Below are positions 10,686-23,375 of a stretch of DNA of 43,844 bases, in pieces. The notes under the pieces are model-generated. The model searched no databases and was not told the origin of the DNA. It worked only from the letters and a program-made list of their open reading frames with translations. This DNA is from Spirogloea muscicola (taxonomy: Eukaryota), in contig WELB01000014.1 in assembly GCA_009602725.1 (NCBI GenBank), positions 1,263,828 through 1,307,671 on the forward strand, written 5' to 3'. Within the stretch, counting starts at the first letter, position 1; each line of letters opens with the position of its first letter. Made by a program: the position numbers and the translations under genes.

Positions 10686-13158
10686 ATGGATGACAACACC
10701 AAGGGGCTGGTGCTGGCGGTCTCGTCGTCGCTCTTCATCGGCGCCAGCTTCATCGTCAAGAAGAAGGGCCTGCGCAAGGCCGGCACCACCGGCCTCCGCG
10801 CCGGTGCGCGCTGCAAGCCTCTATAAAACATCAGCAAAAGTATAACCTTACATAACAGAAGTATGACCCTCATATGAATATAAGTCTACCTGCTAAAGTG
10901 ACAGAACCTGCTAGCTTGCAGGCCATGGCGGGTTCTCCTACCTCAGCGAGCCGCTGTGGTGGGCCGGCATGCTCTCCAGTGAGCCTCCCTCGCCCCTCCC
11001 TCCCCGCGTTAGCGACCTCTATGTGCTGACTCGCGGTTCTGAGCGGGTCAGCTTAGCAGCAGGCTATGTATATCTGTCACTGTGCTTGCCTTCGTATTTG
11101 GCCACTCAGGCCCTCCATCAACCCAATACGCACTCCATTTTCCGCTTCCCCACTCTATTCACTCGGCCGCCAGTGTTGCACCTTGTCTGAGGTCCAGATG
11201 CGCCGGGCAAAGACGAATATGCACATATCAAAATTAACAGTCTTGGGGACAATAGTATGAAATGCAACATCCCGTCGTCTGTGGCATGTGCTCGTTGCAG
11301 TGATCATGGGCGAGGTGGCCAACTTCGCGGCGTACGCCTTTGCGCCTGCTATCCTGGTGACGCCTCTGGGGGCGCTCAGCATCATCATCAGGTGCTCCGT
11401 CCCATACCAACCTCCGTTGCAGCTGCTCAGCTTGCCAGATTCTCACCTAGCTTGCAGCCATTCTTGTGAAAGCCATCTGCGCCGCGGTTCCCGGGCTGGC
11501 CTTGGAGCCAGGGTGGCCGCCTGGTTGCTGCCAAAATGGCAGCCATATGATCTTGATGTGTGGCGCCGCCGCAGCGCCGTGCTAGCCCACATCATGCTCA
11601 AGGAGAAGCTGCACTGGCTCGGCGTGCTCGGCTGCGCGCTCTGCGTCGTGGGGTCCACCATCATCGTGCTCCACGCGCCCGAGGAGCGCGAGATCACCTC
11701 CGTGAGGGAGGTCTGGCTTCTTGCGCTGGAGCCAGGTCAACGTCCATCTCTCTGCCCCCCTCTCTCTCCTCTGTTGGCGTCTCTCGCCCGAGTGCTTACC
11801 TGGTACTCTGCATTCACCTGTAGGCTGTGTGGACAGCACCTGGCAGTATGTCACGGCTATGGCTACTGATGTCCAGCTCCCTGACAAGGCCCGTCCTGCG
11901 GCGGCCTGGCCTTGGCAGGCTTCGTCCTGTACTCGATGACTGTAGTGGCACTTGTGCTGTTCCTTGTCTTCCAACTTGTGCCGCAATACGGCCAGTCCCA
12001 CATCTTGGTCTACATCTCCATCTGCTCTCTCACCGGTTCACTCTCCGTGAGCCCCCTTCCCTCCTTCCTCCTTCCTTCCTCGCCCCTTCTCCTCTCGGCC
12101 ACAGAAGGACACCACACTTAATCAGCATTGTGGCTGCCGTGTGCCTGCGCTGAAGCTCCACATATTGTGCTTGAGGTTCTTGGCAAGTGTGTGATGAGCG
12201 CAGCAACCGGGGGTTTGCAGGTTATGAGCTGCAAAGCCGTGGGCATCGCAATAAAGTTGACGCTGTCCGGTGACAATCAGCTGTTCCGTCATGAGACGCT
12301 CATTTTTGCGCTTGTTGTCGCCGCTTGTGGCGTCACGCAAATAACGTACCTCAACAAGGTCACATCTCGGTGTCTCTCTCCCCATACCCCTTACTTCCTC
12401 ATGTCCTCTCTCCTGTATGCCGTGCCCTGGCCTCTCCATTAGCTTGAAATCTTTTGCAACGGCACCGCTGAGATGCATTGTTGGATGGCGGTAGGCACTC
12501 GACACGTTCAACACGGCGGTTGTGTCACCTATTTACTATGTCATGTTCACGTCCTTCACCATCCTCGCATCCGTCATCATGTTCAAGGTGAGCTGCACGC
12601 TACCGTTGTCTCCACTTGCCTAACAACTATGTCTCAAGGTCAGAGGGGGCCCAGCAGCAGTCCAAAGTAAGACAAGCTTGCTAAGCACTGAGCACGAGCT
12701 ATGGTGGTGGTGGTGGTGGCGGCGGAAACTATGGCAGGACTGGGAGCATCAAAGTGCGGCACAGATCATGTCGGAGCTGTGCGGGTTTGTGACAATTCTG
12801 GCAGGCACGCTCCTGCTGCACGTCACAAAGGACCACAGTGACGTGGCCGCCACGGGCGGTAAGTGTGTGATCTCTGTGATTGCCAAAAGCTCGACCTCCA
12901 CTCGAGGCGAAAGTGGTTGCAGAGAAGTGCAGTTGACTCAGATAAAGCCTATCAAGTGGTTGCTGCACATAGCGCAGGTACCGTAAGCCAGAGCCTCAGC
13001 TTGTGTGCTTTGCTGAAATACAAGCAGGTTATGCGGGCTTGCCAGGGCTGCCGTCGTCCACGCCGACACGTACATCAAGCAATAAGCGGCCCGACAATGG
13101 CGAGAGCCTTGAGGAGGTGCCGTTGCGGCGGCAGGAATCATTGCGAGCTTCCCCCTGA
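10686..13158 (+). CDS. NIPA-family magnesium transporter, 9 exons
   Basis: Exons 10686-10803, 10922-10978, 11301-11391, 11575-11735, 11919-12046, 12221-12358, 12495-12587, 12738-12858, 13046-13158. Motifs GLVLAVSSSLFIGASFIVKKKGL, EPLWWAGM, GEVANFAAYAFAPAILVTPLGALS, YLNKALDTFNTAVVSPIYYV. Confidence 0.95.
11005..11140 (+). mobile_element. Family B retroelement 3' end in NIPA intron 2
   Basis: SDLYVLTRG...GAGCGGGTCAGCTTAGCAGCAGG...GGCCACTCAGGCCCTCCATC...ATACGCACTCCA. Confidence 0.8.
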
Positions 13159-13928
13159 CAGCCATCATGAGGGGCTGTAGAGCAGATCCTTTTGCATGGG
13201 GCGTTAGAATGATCCGCTTGGCGAGGCGGTTGTGGCAACTTGTCACAGAGATGACGTCTTTGACGAATATGATGGACACAGTCAGGGTGTCTTTTGCAGA
13301 GCTGCCCTTGGTGCCCAATCACGTCAAACAAAGCCAGGTCTGCTCTGAGCCACTGCAGCTGCCTTGGGCTGCACGCAGGCGCATACGCGGCCAGGATCTG
13401 GCGGAGCGCATAAGGGGCCACAAGGTGGTCTTGCTTCGCACTAGCTGCAGATGTCTGCAACATCCTTCTTCATATTTTGCCATTCTTTTGACCGTTTATA
13501 CTTATCTCCCTTACTTGGATTGACCGCAATTGCTCTACCAAGAGCTTACGTTTCACAAAGGCAAGCTGGTCTGAAGCCAAGCACAGTAGATGGAGAACTG
13601 TGTATGCGAAGAGATGAAAGCCTCAACCAACCCCGCGTGACGTTAGCACCCACGGGTGAGTACATACAGATCCGACAGGCTCATTCGGGGGGAGCCGGAG
13701 CTCCGCCACGGAAGACGGTGGCCAACAGAGACAAAGGTGGGCCAAGGGCTTTTGGGGCCGTTGGCTGCCGTTAACCCTTGCTTACCTTCAGGGACGCTTT
13801 TCAAGCCGTCGATGTCGAGATCTGACGGCCAGATGGCAGCGGCTTTGTCTCCAGTCGTCTCTCGCCCTGGGCTGTGTCCTAGGGCGGGAAGCCGGGCGGA
13901 ACCCCCCGCGCCGCGCCTGGCGGCGGCC

Positions 13929-14210
13929 ATGGCGGAGGGCGCGGCGGCGGAGGCGGCGGCGGAGGAGGCGGCCGCCGAGCAGGAGGCCGCCGAGCACGAC
14001 GAAGACCTTGCGGCGGCGGAGGACGGAGGCGGCGGCGGTGACGGCGGCGGCGGCGGTGGCGCCGAGGGCGGCGAGGACGAGGACGAGGTGGCGTGGCGGG
14101 AGCGGGGCAAGTCGCAGGCGGAGGAGGAGGAGGAGGAGGAGCGGGAGCGGGAGCGGGAGGGCACCGAGGAGAAGCAGCCGCTGCCGGAGGCAGAGCCCGA
14201 GGACGGCGGC

Positions 14211-14241
<31 letters not shown>

Positions 14242-15091
14242 GCGACGATGGCGGCGNNNNNNNNNNNNNNNNNNNNNNNNNNNNNNNNNNNNNNNNNNNN
14301 NNNNNNNNNNNNNNNNNNNNNNNNNNNNNNNNNNNNNNNNNNNNNNNNNNNNNNNNNNNNNNNNNNNNNNNNNNNNNNNNNNNNNNNNNNNNNNNNNNNN
14401 NNCGGCGATCGCCGTCCCCGCGGCGGCGTGACGACCGGCGGGAGTCCTCCCGGCGGTCGCCGCCGCCGCCGGCCCGCAGCTACGAGCGGAGCCGGCGGGA
14501 CGTGGCGCCGCGGGACCGCGGGAACGGCGCCGGGAAGCCCGGCAACAACCTCTTTGTCGCCGGCTTCAACTTCATCACCAATGAGAAGGACCTGGAGCGC
14601 AAGTTTGGGCGCTATGGCAAGGTGCTGGATGCGCGCATCGTTCGGGACCCAAGGCGAGTGCTGCTGTGACGTTTCCCCACTGCCCTCTTGAAGCTTGGTG
14701 TGCATGCCTATGTATGCATGTGGGCAGGTCGTATATCTGAGAGCCCAGCTGGACAACCTCAATGTCTTGTACACGTGCCCGATACATTGAATTCTGTATG
14801 AAGATATTGCCGTAGTGGTAACTACTGTGGTACTTCACGTTGAGGAATAAGCGGCAGTCTGTGGCATTGCTGAATTGTATGCTGTGCATGCTGTTACATG
14901 GGAAGAAAGGCCAGTTTGATAGGGTAGCTGTGCATTGATGGGCATGCAGGACGCGAGAGTCTCGCGGCTTTGGCTTCCTGACCTTGGAGACGGATGAAGA
15001 CGCCGACGATGCTATCCGTGCGCTAGACCAGAGCGAGTGGGACGGCCGCATCGTCCTGGTGGAGAAGGCCAAGACCGTGACCAAGTTCTGA
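13929..15091 (+). CDS. SR45a/Tra2-like RS-RRM RNA-binding protein (acidic N-terminus, RS region, C-terminal RRM); interrupted by an N gap
   Basis: Exon 13929-14653 (gap 14257-14402 could hide an intron), GC-AG intron 14654-14949, exon 14950-15091. RNP2 NLFVAGF, RNP1 RGFGFLTL, end WDGRIVLVEKAK. Confidence 0.88.
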
Positions 15092-16845
15092 GCTTGCTGC
15101 AGCCCAGATTCTGAGCTTGCTGCAGCCCAGGCGCTTGATTTGTGATGGTAAGGCCCACGTCCTGACTGGCCACACTTCAAAAGTCTACCATGCCGCACAT
15201 GAGAGCTTGCCACCACCATCATCAAGCACTTCAGCAAGGACGACTTGCAAGCACGAACAAGCAGGAACGAGCAGACTCTCCAGGAATGGTGTCTACTGAG
15301 ATCGACAAGGACAGTGATAGAGTACCTCTTCTACTACGTACAACGTTTTGTATGAACAAGCAAAGCATGCATACCAGTTTCTTGGTTGGTGAATTTGAGA
15401 TGTAGTGTTGCAGGAATGCACGTTGCCAGCAATGAACTGTTTTGCTCCAAATAGTGCCAAGTTCTGGACTCAAGTATCATTAGGAACACATGCACGGTTG
15501 TGATGCAGCTTGTCGTTGATTCTGTAGAAATAGACAGTTTCAGCAGTGCAGAGCTGGACAAATGCCTTCCATGTGCGCAAGTCCCCCCAAGTTCCTACAA
15601 AGCTTAAGAGTACGATTGGAGCAATATGTTCGCTGTGCCACAAGTTCCTAGGACTTGCCACCTTTGATGGTTCGTGTTCAAGAGAGTACCAGCACACTGG
15701 GCGTTCCTAGTGCTTTTTGTTCCAACAGAGTACCAGCAATACCAGCAGTGGCGTTCTGAACACGTTACCAGAAGTGGGAGCTTCCATTGGAGAAAATATA
15801 GTAAAGATAGGATATTTGAAAGGTTGAGGGGCCTGGGACAGGGGTGGGGGTTGGGCGTGGCTGGGAGGTGTTTCCAATAAATGTATGTTTGGCTTAGTTT
15901 GTAGCGCGTCCTAGGTGGAACTTGAAGTAGCAGTCATCATCACAGTCTTAAGCAATCCCCTTGCTCAAGCTGTTGAAACAGCCAACACAGCACGAAGGCA
16001 CTTAGCATAAGAAAACACAAATCTTGGGTCTCAGTGCTCAGACAGGTTATGTACGCTACACTGGCTGCTATAGATACATGTGCAGCACAGGCAATGTGCA
16101 CAGTGCCATAGTAGCACAGTCACAAGCTTTCTTCATCCCATAAGTAGCGGAAAGTACTGAAGTATCATACTCTACACACTGCTTCTTGTATGATGGTGCA
16201 GTAATGCTATAATGGAGCTTGTGACCAGATCCAGACCGGATTCCCGTTGCGTACATGGTCAGAGGACCAATGGCACTTAACCAAGGCAAGGTATGCAATC
16301 ATGGGGACTTGAAAGTAAGGTGGACTACATTGCCAAACTGGCTGCTCGGGCAAGTGTGTCACAGGATGTGTGCACAAGATTGACTGCTGTATAATGCTTA
16401 CCCTATTTAGTGACACAGCAACATGACATACGAAACACTATAATAGAAAATATCAGTATTCTTCCTTATTTCTTGGCATCAGTCATGGGGTCTTAATTTG
16501 TGGGGAAAATCATACAAGGCATAGCACAGAGTAGAAGTGGTTGTGCTAACATAGGTGGCCAGCCAGATCACTAAAGATGTGAAGGAATAGAATTTGAGCT
16601 GTTAAGCCCCTGTCCTGAGAGGTCTCCTTACACAGGGCTGCAAGCGTTTGACGCACTTCACCAGTCCAACACTTCTACCCTTGTGAAGCCAGACAGTTGT
16701 CACAAGATGTGCAATAGGACTTCACTACTAGAACCTGATGGTAAAAGCTTACCAATGGGAGGCAAGCGAGGCTTCTCAACGGATTGTAGATGTGACAGGC
16801 AATGAAGTACAAATACATTACACCTATCAACCAGGCCTTCTCCAG

Positions 16846-18789
16846 CTACTGCGATGCAACCTTGTACTGAGAATCTACATGGCTCTCGACATCCCACAAG
16901 AAGCTCCCAAAAGCAACAGCCTCCAGAACCATGCGACGCAGGCCAGACATGCTTGTGTGCACAGTTTCGTCGCTGGCAACGGCGACTTGCCCGTCAGGGC
17001 CCATCACGAGCTGTGGCCGCCCAAAGAGGGCCTCCGCGTGACGCTCTATCACATTTACGCCTTCCCTGCTCCGCATGGTCGCGGCACGCTGCAGTGTCTC
17101 CGGATCAAAGGACATGACATATAGCCGCAACTTGCTGGGCCGCAGGCCGGGCCCCGAGCCTGGCGACATGCCCTCTGTGCCGCCATCTGTCCCCACGACC
17201 CTGCGGCTGCCCCGGGCAGCCATTGCAGCTGCAGCAGCAGTCAGCTCTGCTGCAAGAGCAGCACCATCCTCATCCACCGCATCCTCCTTGTCTAGTCCTG
17301 CATGCTCTGGCAACTGGCCCTGCTCGACGCGCTTCCTGTCCTCTGTAGGGGCTGCAGCGGCTGCCGCTGCCGCCTCCGTATCCTCGGAGGACGGATTGAT
17401 GGCCATGGCGCGCATGCTCTTCTCCAGCTGGAACCGCTGGTCAACGCGCCGCAGGAAGTAACCGTACATGATGCTTGCAGCGTACACCTGACCAACGCGC
17501 AGCTTGCTGATGTGCGCTATTGTCTGCTCGTACAGTGCTGCATTGGCACCGGGCTTCTCGCCGAGCACCATGGCAAGGTGCTCCTTGACCATCTCCAGAG
17601 CCTCTGGCGAGTGCACGCTCTCCAGCTCGACATCGGCGCTGCGCCCACTGTCCACCTGCTTGTGAGGGGCTTCAGCAGCCAATACGATGCGAGGGACCAT
17701 GTCGACGCCCGCTTCCGCAAACTTGCGCACCACAAGCGCGTACATGATATCTTCCACTGCCCGCTTGCGCTCAGCTGCCCGGAGGTTGGCTATGCGCCTG
17801 CATGGAGGAGCAAAGTTGCAGGCTTCAGCACGACAACTCTGCTAAGTATGCATAGCAAGTCATCAATTCTGGTCAATTGACTGGACAACAAGCTGCAACC
17901 TGCAGTGCTAACCTGAGTTGCTATCCTTAGAATGCGCTCTGCTTCAAATGGCCGTCATTTTTCTTTCCCAATTAGCAGTCAACTTCACAAATTGACCTTG
18001 CTGAAGGTTGTGCTGGTGTAGTATAGGGAAGGAAAGTGCCAGCTCTGCACCTGTACAGCACCAGGTCGCTGCCGGACGTGCTCGCCTGCTGCTGCTCCTC
18101 GGCCTCCTCGGCCTGCCGGGCGGCCGCCAGCGTCTCCAGCTGCTGGTCGACAGCGGCCGGGAAGAGGTGCGGGTGCGTCTGCAGCATCTGCACCAGGAAC
18201 TGGCCCTGCGGCGACTCCGGCACCAGCGGCGCCGGCGGCCGGACCTCGTCCTCGGAATCATGGCTGCCGCCATCGTCAGATATGGGTCCCTCGGCCCGAG
18301 CGGCACCGGCGCTCATGCCCCTGCTCCGGTCCGGCGGAGAGGTCAGCCCCGGGAAGAGCCCTCGGACCGCGAGGGCGTGCGCCGACGAGAAGCTCGCGGC
18401 CTGCCGCACGGCATACCAGACGGCTGCCAGATGTTACTACATGTATGGCATCAGAAGGCAACAACATGACAACATGAAGTACACGGTCAAGGTCTAGGTC
18501 AGGCCTTTGAGGTACAATACAGTGACTCAAGCGACAGTGGCTGCAAGCGAAGCTAGCGAAGCCAGCGGCTCCTGCCTGTCATCGAATATCCGACAGCGAT
18601 AGTGTTGAGACTGCCTGCGGCAGCCCGGAGCAGCTAATGGCTACCTTGGCAGTGCTTGCAGCAGCCTTGCACCGGTGCCGTTGGCGCAGGCCGCTGTTGG
18701 CGAGCGCCGGCGCGCAGGCGGCCGATGCGGCCGGGACGTCGCCCGGGGCGGCCTGCCGCAGGCTCAGGCGGGCGTGCAGCGCGCCTGCC
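16846..18789 (-). CDS. DUF760 / UV-B-induced protein At3g17800-like (likely chloroplast); first exon uncertain
   Basis: Exons 18423-18051 and 17797-16846 are well supported; a 5' exon lies near 18645-18789 next to an N gap. Motifs PESPQGQFL, HPHLFPAAVDQQLE, LVLYRRIA, YAASIMYGYFLRRVDQRFQLEKSM, LEAVAFGSFLWDVES. Confidence 0.88.
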
Positions 18790-19512
18790 NNNNNNNNNNN
18801 NNNNCGGCGGCGTCGGCGGCGGCGGCGGCGACGGCGGAGGCGGCGGCGGCGGCGGCGGCGGCGAAGGCTCAGCTGAGGCCGGGGTGGCAGCGGCAGATGT
18901 TTGGGCACGGAAGTGATGAGCACACAAGGGGGGGCCCGTGCGACGCGCGACGCGCGGGCGACGCCTCTGGACGGCGGAGATGGCGCCTCGGTGGCAGAGG
19001 CGACGGCGGTGCGCGATCGAGAGGATCGCCGGGGCTGCGCCGAACGTTCCGGCCGCTTCCGTGCGGCGCAGGGATCCGACGAATCGGACGGCCCCAGCGA
19101 GCCGGGCGAGGTCGCCAGGCGACCAGCACTGTCGCCCGGCGGCCGCCCGGCCTCACCGAGATGTGGGCGCTCGCGTACCGTCCGATGATAAATCCATGGA
19201 CGGCAGCGTGAGGCCCACGCCGCCGCTTGGAGAAGGTGCCATCGGGACCCGCTCGTGGGGGCGGCACCGCCACCCGCGTTGACCAATGGCCAGCGCGCTC
19301 CGGATCGCGCCACAGCGCTTTGCTGCCGTCCGATCCACTGGCGCGGGCGGTCCGATGGAGCGCCCGAGGAAGCGCCAGCTGACATGTCAGCCGCCGAAGG
19401 TAGCGTCAGGCGGGTCTGCTGACGCTGTCAGATGACGCTAACCCTGCGCTAGGGGCCGTTCCTCTTGTGCTCCTTAGGCCGCGGCCAAGGCTAGGCCGCC
19501 GCCGCCGCTTCC

Positions 19513-22500
19513 ATGGCTGGCGAGGGCGGCGCGGCCTCGGCGGCCATGGAGGCGGGCTCGGCAGAGGCGGAGGCCGGCCTGCGGGAGCTGCGTGTCGCCG
19601 ACGGCGGCGGCGGCAGCGCCGACCTTGGCGCGCAGGCGCGGTACTCGCGGCGGACGCTGGTGCGCGCGGTGCTGGCAGGCGGCGTGGCGCTGGCAGGGCG
19701 CAGCCTCGTCGTCGGCGGCTGGGTGAAGACCGGGCGCGAGCAGGGCAAGGGCGCCTTCGCCTTCCTGGAGCTCAACGACGGGTCCTGCCCCGCCAACCTG
19801 CAGGTCCGCCGCCACCACCTAAACCCCAAACCCTAAGCCTTAAGCCCCTTGTTGCTTTCACGGAGCAGTGTTCGATTCGTGAGCTCGTCACCGGCGGCTG
19901 CTTGGGGCCAGGTGATCGTGGAGGCGGCGGTGGCGCCGCTGGAGCGGCTGACTGCCACCGGCACGGCGCTGCTGCTGGAGGGCCAGCTCATGCGCACGCC
20001 CGAGGGCACGCGGCAGCCTGTGGAGCTCCGCGCCGAGCGCGTCCTGGAGGTCGGCCCCTGCGACGCGTCCGCCTACCCCGTCGCCAAGACCAAGTTCCTC
20101 TCGCTCGAGTTCCTGCGCTCCATCCCGCACCTCCGCAGCCGGTCCAACACCGTGAGGACCGCCGCCCTCCAATTGCTTGCCTGTGCAGATGATAGTCGTC
20201 AGCCAGGAGTCAGTGCGCGTCAGGGAATTCAGTGCATGGGTCTGTGCTTACTCCTATCTTACAGTCGATTAAGCCTTCACTTTAGGATTTACCACGAGCT
20301 GTTTCCCAGTAGCAGAGGGCGTCAGGGTTTAGGGTTTAGGGGTATCAATGTTTGATATCGAGGCCTGTGGGAGGGCCATGGGTCTAGCTTGGGGCTGTCG
20401 CAAGCGCCACACCTCACGGCGAGTGATGCCACGTACTACCTGGCTCGCTCAGGACAGCCCCGGTACTGCTGGCATTTTTGCTGGCATCAAACAAGCCAAT
20501 AGGGTTTAGGCTTAGGGTTAGCAGTAGGGTGAGGTTTAGGGCTGCCACAACACTCGCTTCTTTAAGCTCATGAGCTTCCAGCAACCGGAAGCGAATCTGA
20601 GCACGTGAGGACACCGAGGCCAACGGCAGGCAGAAGGGCCAGGTCGAGCAGGGTCTGCGGTTGCTTCGCACCGGTGTGACTGCTGTGGAGGCTTGCTCAA
20701 GGACCGTCCGACTGGCCTGCTGGGCAGTCGCCCAGCGGATGAAGCTTCTTCAGAGCAGCCTCTCCAGCATAGGAATTCACGAAGGACAGGCCCTCTGTCC
20801 TGCTACATGGCCGTTACTCTTAGAAGTGCCGTGCCGATTGCTTTCGTGCAGATTGCGGCAGTGGCACGCGTGCGCAATGCGCTCGCGTATGCGACTCACC
20901 GCTTCTTCCAGGACAATGGGTTCCTGTACGTCCAGACGCCCATCATCACAACCAGCGACTGCGAGGGCGCTGGCGAGATGTTCCAGGTCTGTGGCTCCTT
21001 CGTTGCAGCCACCTCCTCTTGCCGAGCTATGCGAGCGGCACGCGGTGCTAGGGGCGCCTCAGTGCTTGTTGACCTACTCTACACTGAGTCTTTCCCACAG
21101 GTGACGACTCTGCTGGGCGAGTGCGAGCGGCGGGACCGGGAGGACACGGCCAACCCGCCGCCGACTCTGGAGGATGTCGAGGCACTCCGTGCTGTGGTCG
21201 CTGGGAAAGGCGATGCTGTTAAGGAGCTCAAGGAGCGCAAAGCCGAGAAGGCCGAGGTGAAGGCTGCAGTGGAGGAGCTGAATGCAGCCAAGGACGAGCT
21301 CGGCAGGGTGGCAGACCGGGCACGACGGAAGCCCGGGCTACCCCGCTTGCACAATGGCAACTTTGACTACAGCGAGGACTTCTTTGCCCGCCAAGCCTTC
21401 CTCACTGTCTCTGGTCAGCTCCAGGTCAATTTCAATCTTAGACTTGACATCTCTAGGACGTTTTAGCTGCAGTTTTAAGATTAGGGACCCCAGTTCAGAG
21501 TATGGTTGTGGCCGTAGCATGAAGTAAAAGTTGACCTCCTCGAATTCACAAATCACAAGAGTAAGGTGCAGTATCTGATTTATACTGCATACTCTGATTA
21601 ATTGAAGGAGCATCAAGGAATTAAAAGTCTGCCAGAGAAGGCTGTGAGAACTTGGTGGCCCTGAGGCGCAAAGCTAGAGTCAATCACTCATTTGGGAAAC
21701 ACTGCCCCTGAATCTTGCTGCTATCACTGCGGACTCTGCGTGCAGGTGGAGACGTACGCGTGCGCATTGAGCAGCGTGTACACTTTTGGGCCGACATTTC
21801 GGGCCGAAAACTCACACACCACGCGGCACCTTGCTGAGTTTTGGATGATTGAGCCGGAGATTGCGTTCGCGGACCTCGAAGTGCGCTCGCAAGTCTGGCA
21901 CGTGCTGAGACATGTTTGACGAAGGCCTGATTGTATGTCGTTCTCTATTCAGTCAAATGAAGAAGTCGTTTCTGAATCGTCATTGGGCAACTGCAGGATG
22001 ACATGAATTGCGCAGAGGATTATGTGAGGTACTTGTGCCAGTACCTCCTGGACCACTGCTTGGACGACATGCAGCTCTTTGCCGATAAGTTTGACAAGGA
22101 GGCAGTCACGAGGTTGGAGGCAGTCGCTGGCTCCCCATTCCGCAGAATAACCTACACGGAAGCAATTGAGCTCCTGAAGAAGGTTCTCTGCAGGATGCTG
22201 TTGCACATGAAGACAAACTTCACCTTGCACATTGCGTCATGCTGCCTCATTCCTGAGCCGTGCTACGTTTGAGTCCTGCAGGAATATGTTTTGTTTGTAC
22301 ATCCCCTCAGGCTGCGAATTTTCTGCATGATCTTGGATTGTACCGCACACACTGACTGTGTTAGTATGGCTGGCTGCCTTGGTGTAGGTGACAAACAGAA
22401 AATTTGAGAACAAGGTTGAGTGGGGAATTGATCTTGCCTCCGAACATGAAAGGTCATGCGCGCCTCAGACTTGGGCGCCTTGTTGATCATTAGGGAGCTG

Positions 22501-23375
22501 GCTTCTTTGAATGTGTAGCCTCGTATGCTTGCATCCAGGTTTGCGCATGCACAATGCTCCCAGCAAATGTCCATTGGTTTCTTCACGGTAACAGGTACTT
22601 GGCAGAGGAGGTCTTCAAGCAGCCTTTGATTGTGTACAATTACCCCAAGGATATCAAGGCCTTCTACATGCGGCGCAACGACGATGGCAAGACGGTTGCA
22701 GCCATGGACGTTCTCTGCCCAAAGGCAAGTTCTTACAGCCCTGTATCTTTGCATCTCAATCTGCATACCAAGCCCAAAGTTGCTAGACTTTCTTGCTTGT
22801 CACACGGTGCGCTTGGGCACATCGTACTTTGCTTCATGAGTATCAGGAGCGACTGTACCTGATCATGCTGCACTACAGCCAATGCTGGCCTGGAGCTCGT
22901 CATTTCGACCGCCATCCCAGTGGGTGATCGAGCAATGTTGTTTGGCAGATTGGGGAGTTGATTGGTGGCAGTCAGCGTGAGGAGCGCTTGGAGGTCCTTG
23001 AACAAAGGTATTCCTGTACCATGAAAGGGTGCCCTGCGAGTGCTCGTGTGTACAGCTTATAAGAGGATGAACGCCCCGTGTCTTTTCAATAAGAGGACCA
23101 GTGTCATGATGATATTGAGGATCATAAATCAGCGAGCGTACCTTGCATTCCATCTTTCACAGAGCTGCTGTTGATCTTGTTCGCCCTGCAGGCTGGCGGA
23201 GATGGGCCTCCCCAAGGAGCCTTACGAATGGTACCTTGACACACGGCGTTTCGGGACAGTGAAGCACGGGGGCTTTGGCCTCGGCTTTGAGCGCATGGTC
23301 CTCTTTGTCACCGGCATCGAAAATATTCGGGACGTCATACCCTTTCCTCGCTACCCTGGCAAAGCGGACTTGTGA
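19513..23375 (+). CDS. asnS: Asparaginyl-tRNA synthetase (plant cytosolic SYNC1-like, with WHEP-like insertion), 10 exons
   Basis: Exons 19513-19803, 19912-20151, 20852-20986, 21101-21424, 21746-21880, 21997-22182, 22388-22452, 22595-22724, 22949-23007, 23192-23375. OB fold ([21 protein letters not shown]), [50 protein letters not shown]. Confidence 0.96.

Noticed and set aside
10038..10873. 262-aa ORFs spanning the N gap, and the similar ORFs at 13788-14774 and 18579-19385
   Set aside because: They are held open by Ns and GC-rich low-complexity sequence. Only the COX16, NIPA, RRM and DUF760 portions are supported.
13167..13523. ORFs downstream of NIPA
   Set aside because: No recognisable domain; they overlap the probable 3' UTR.
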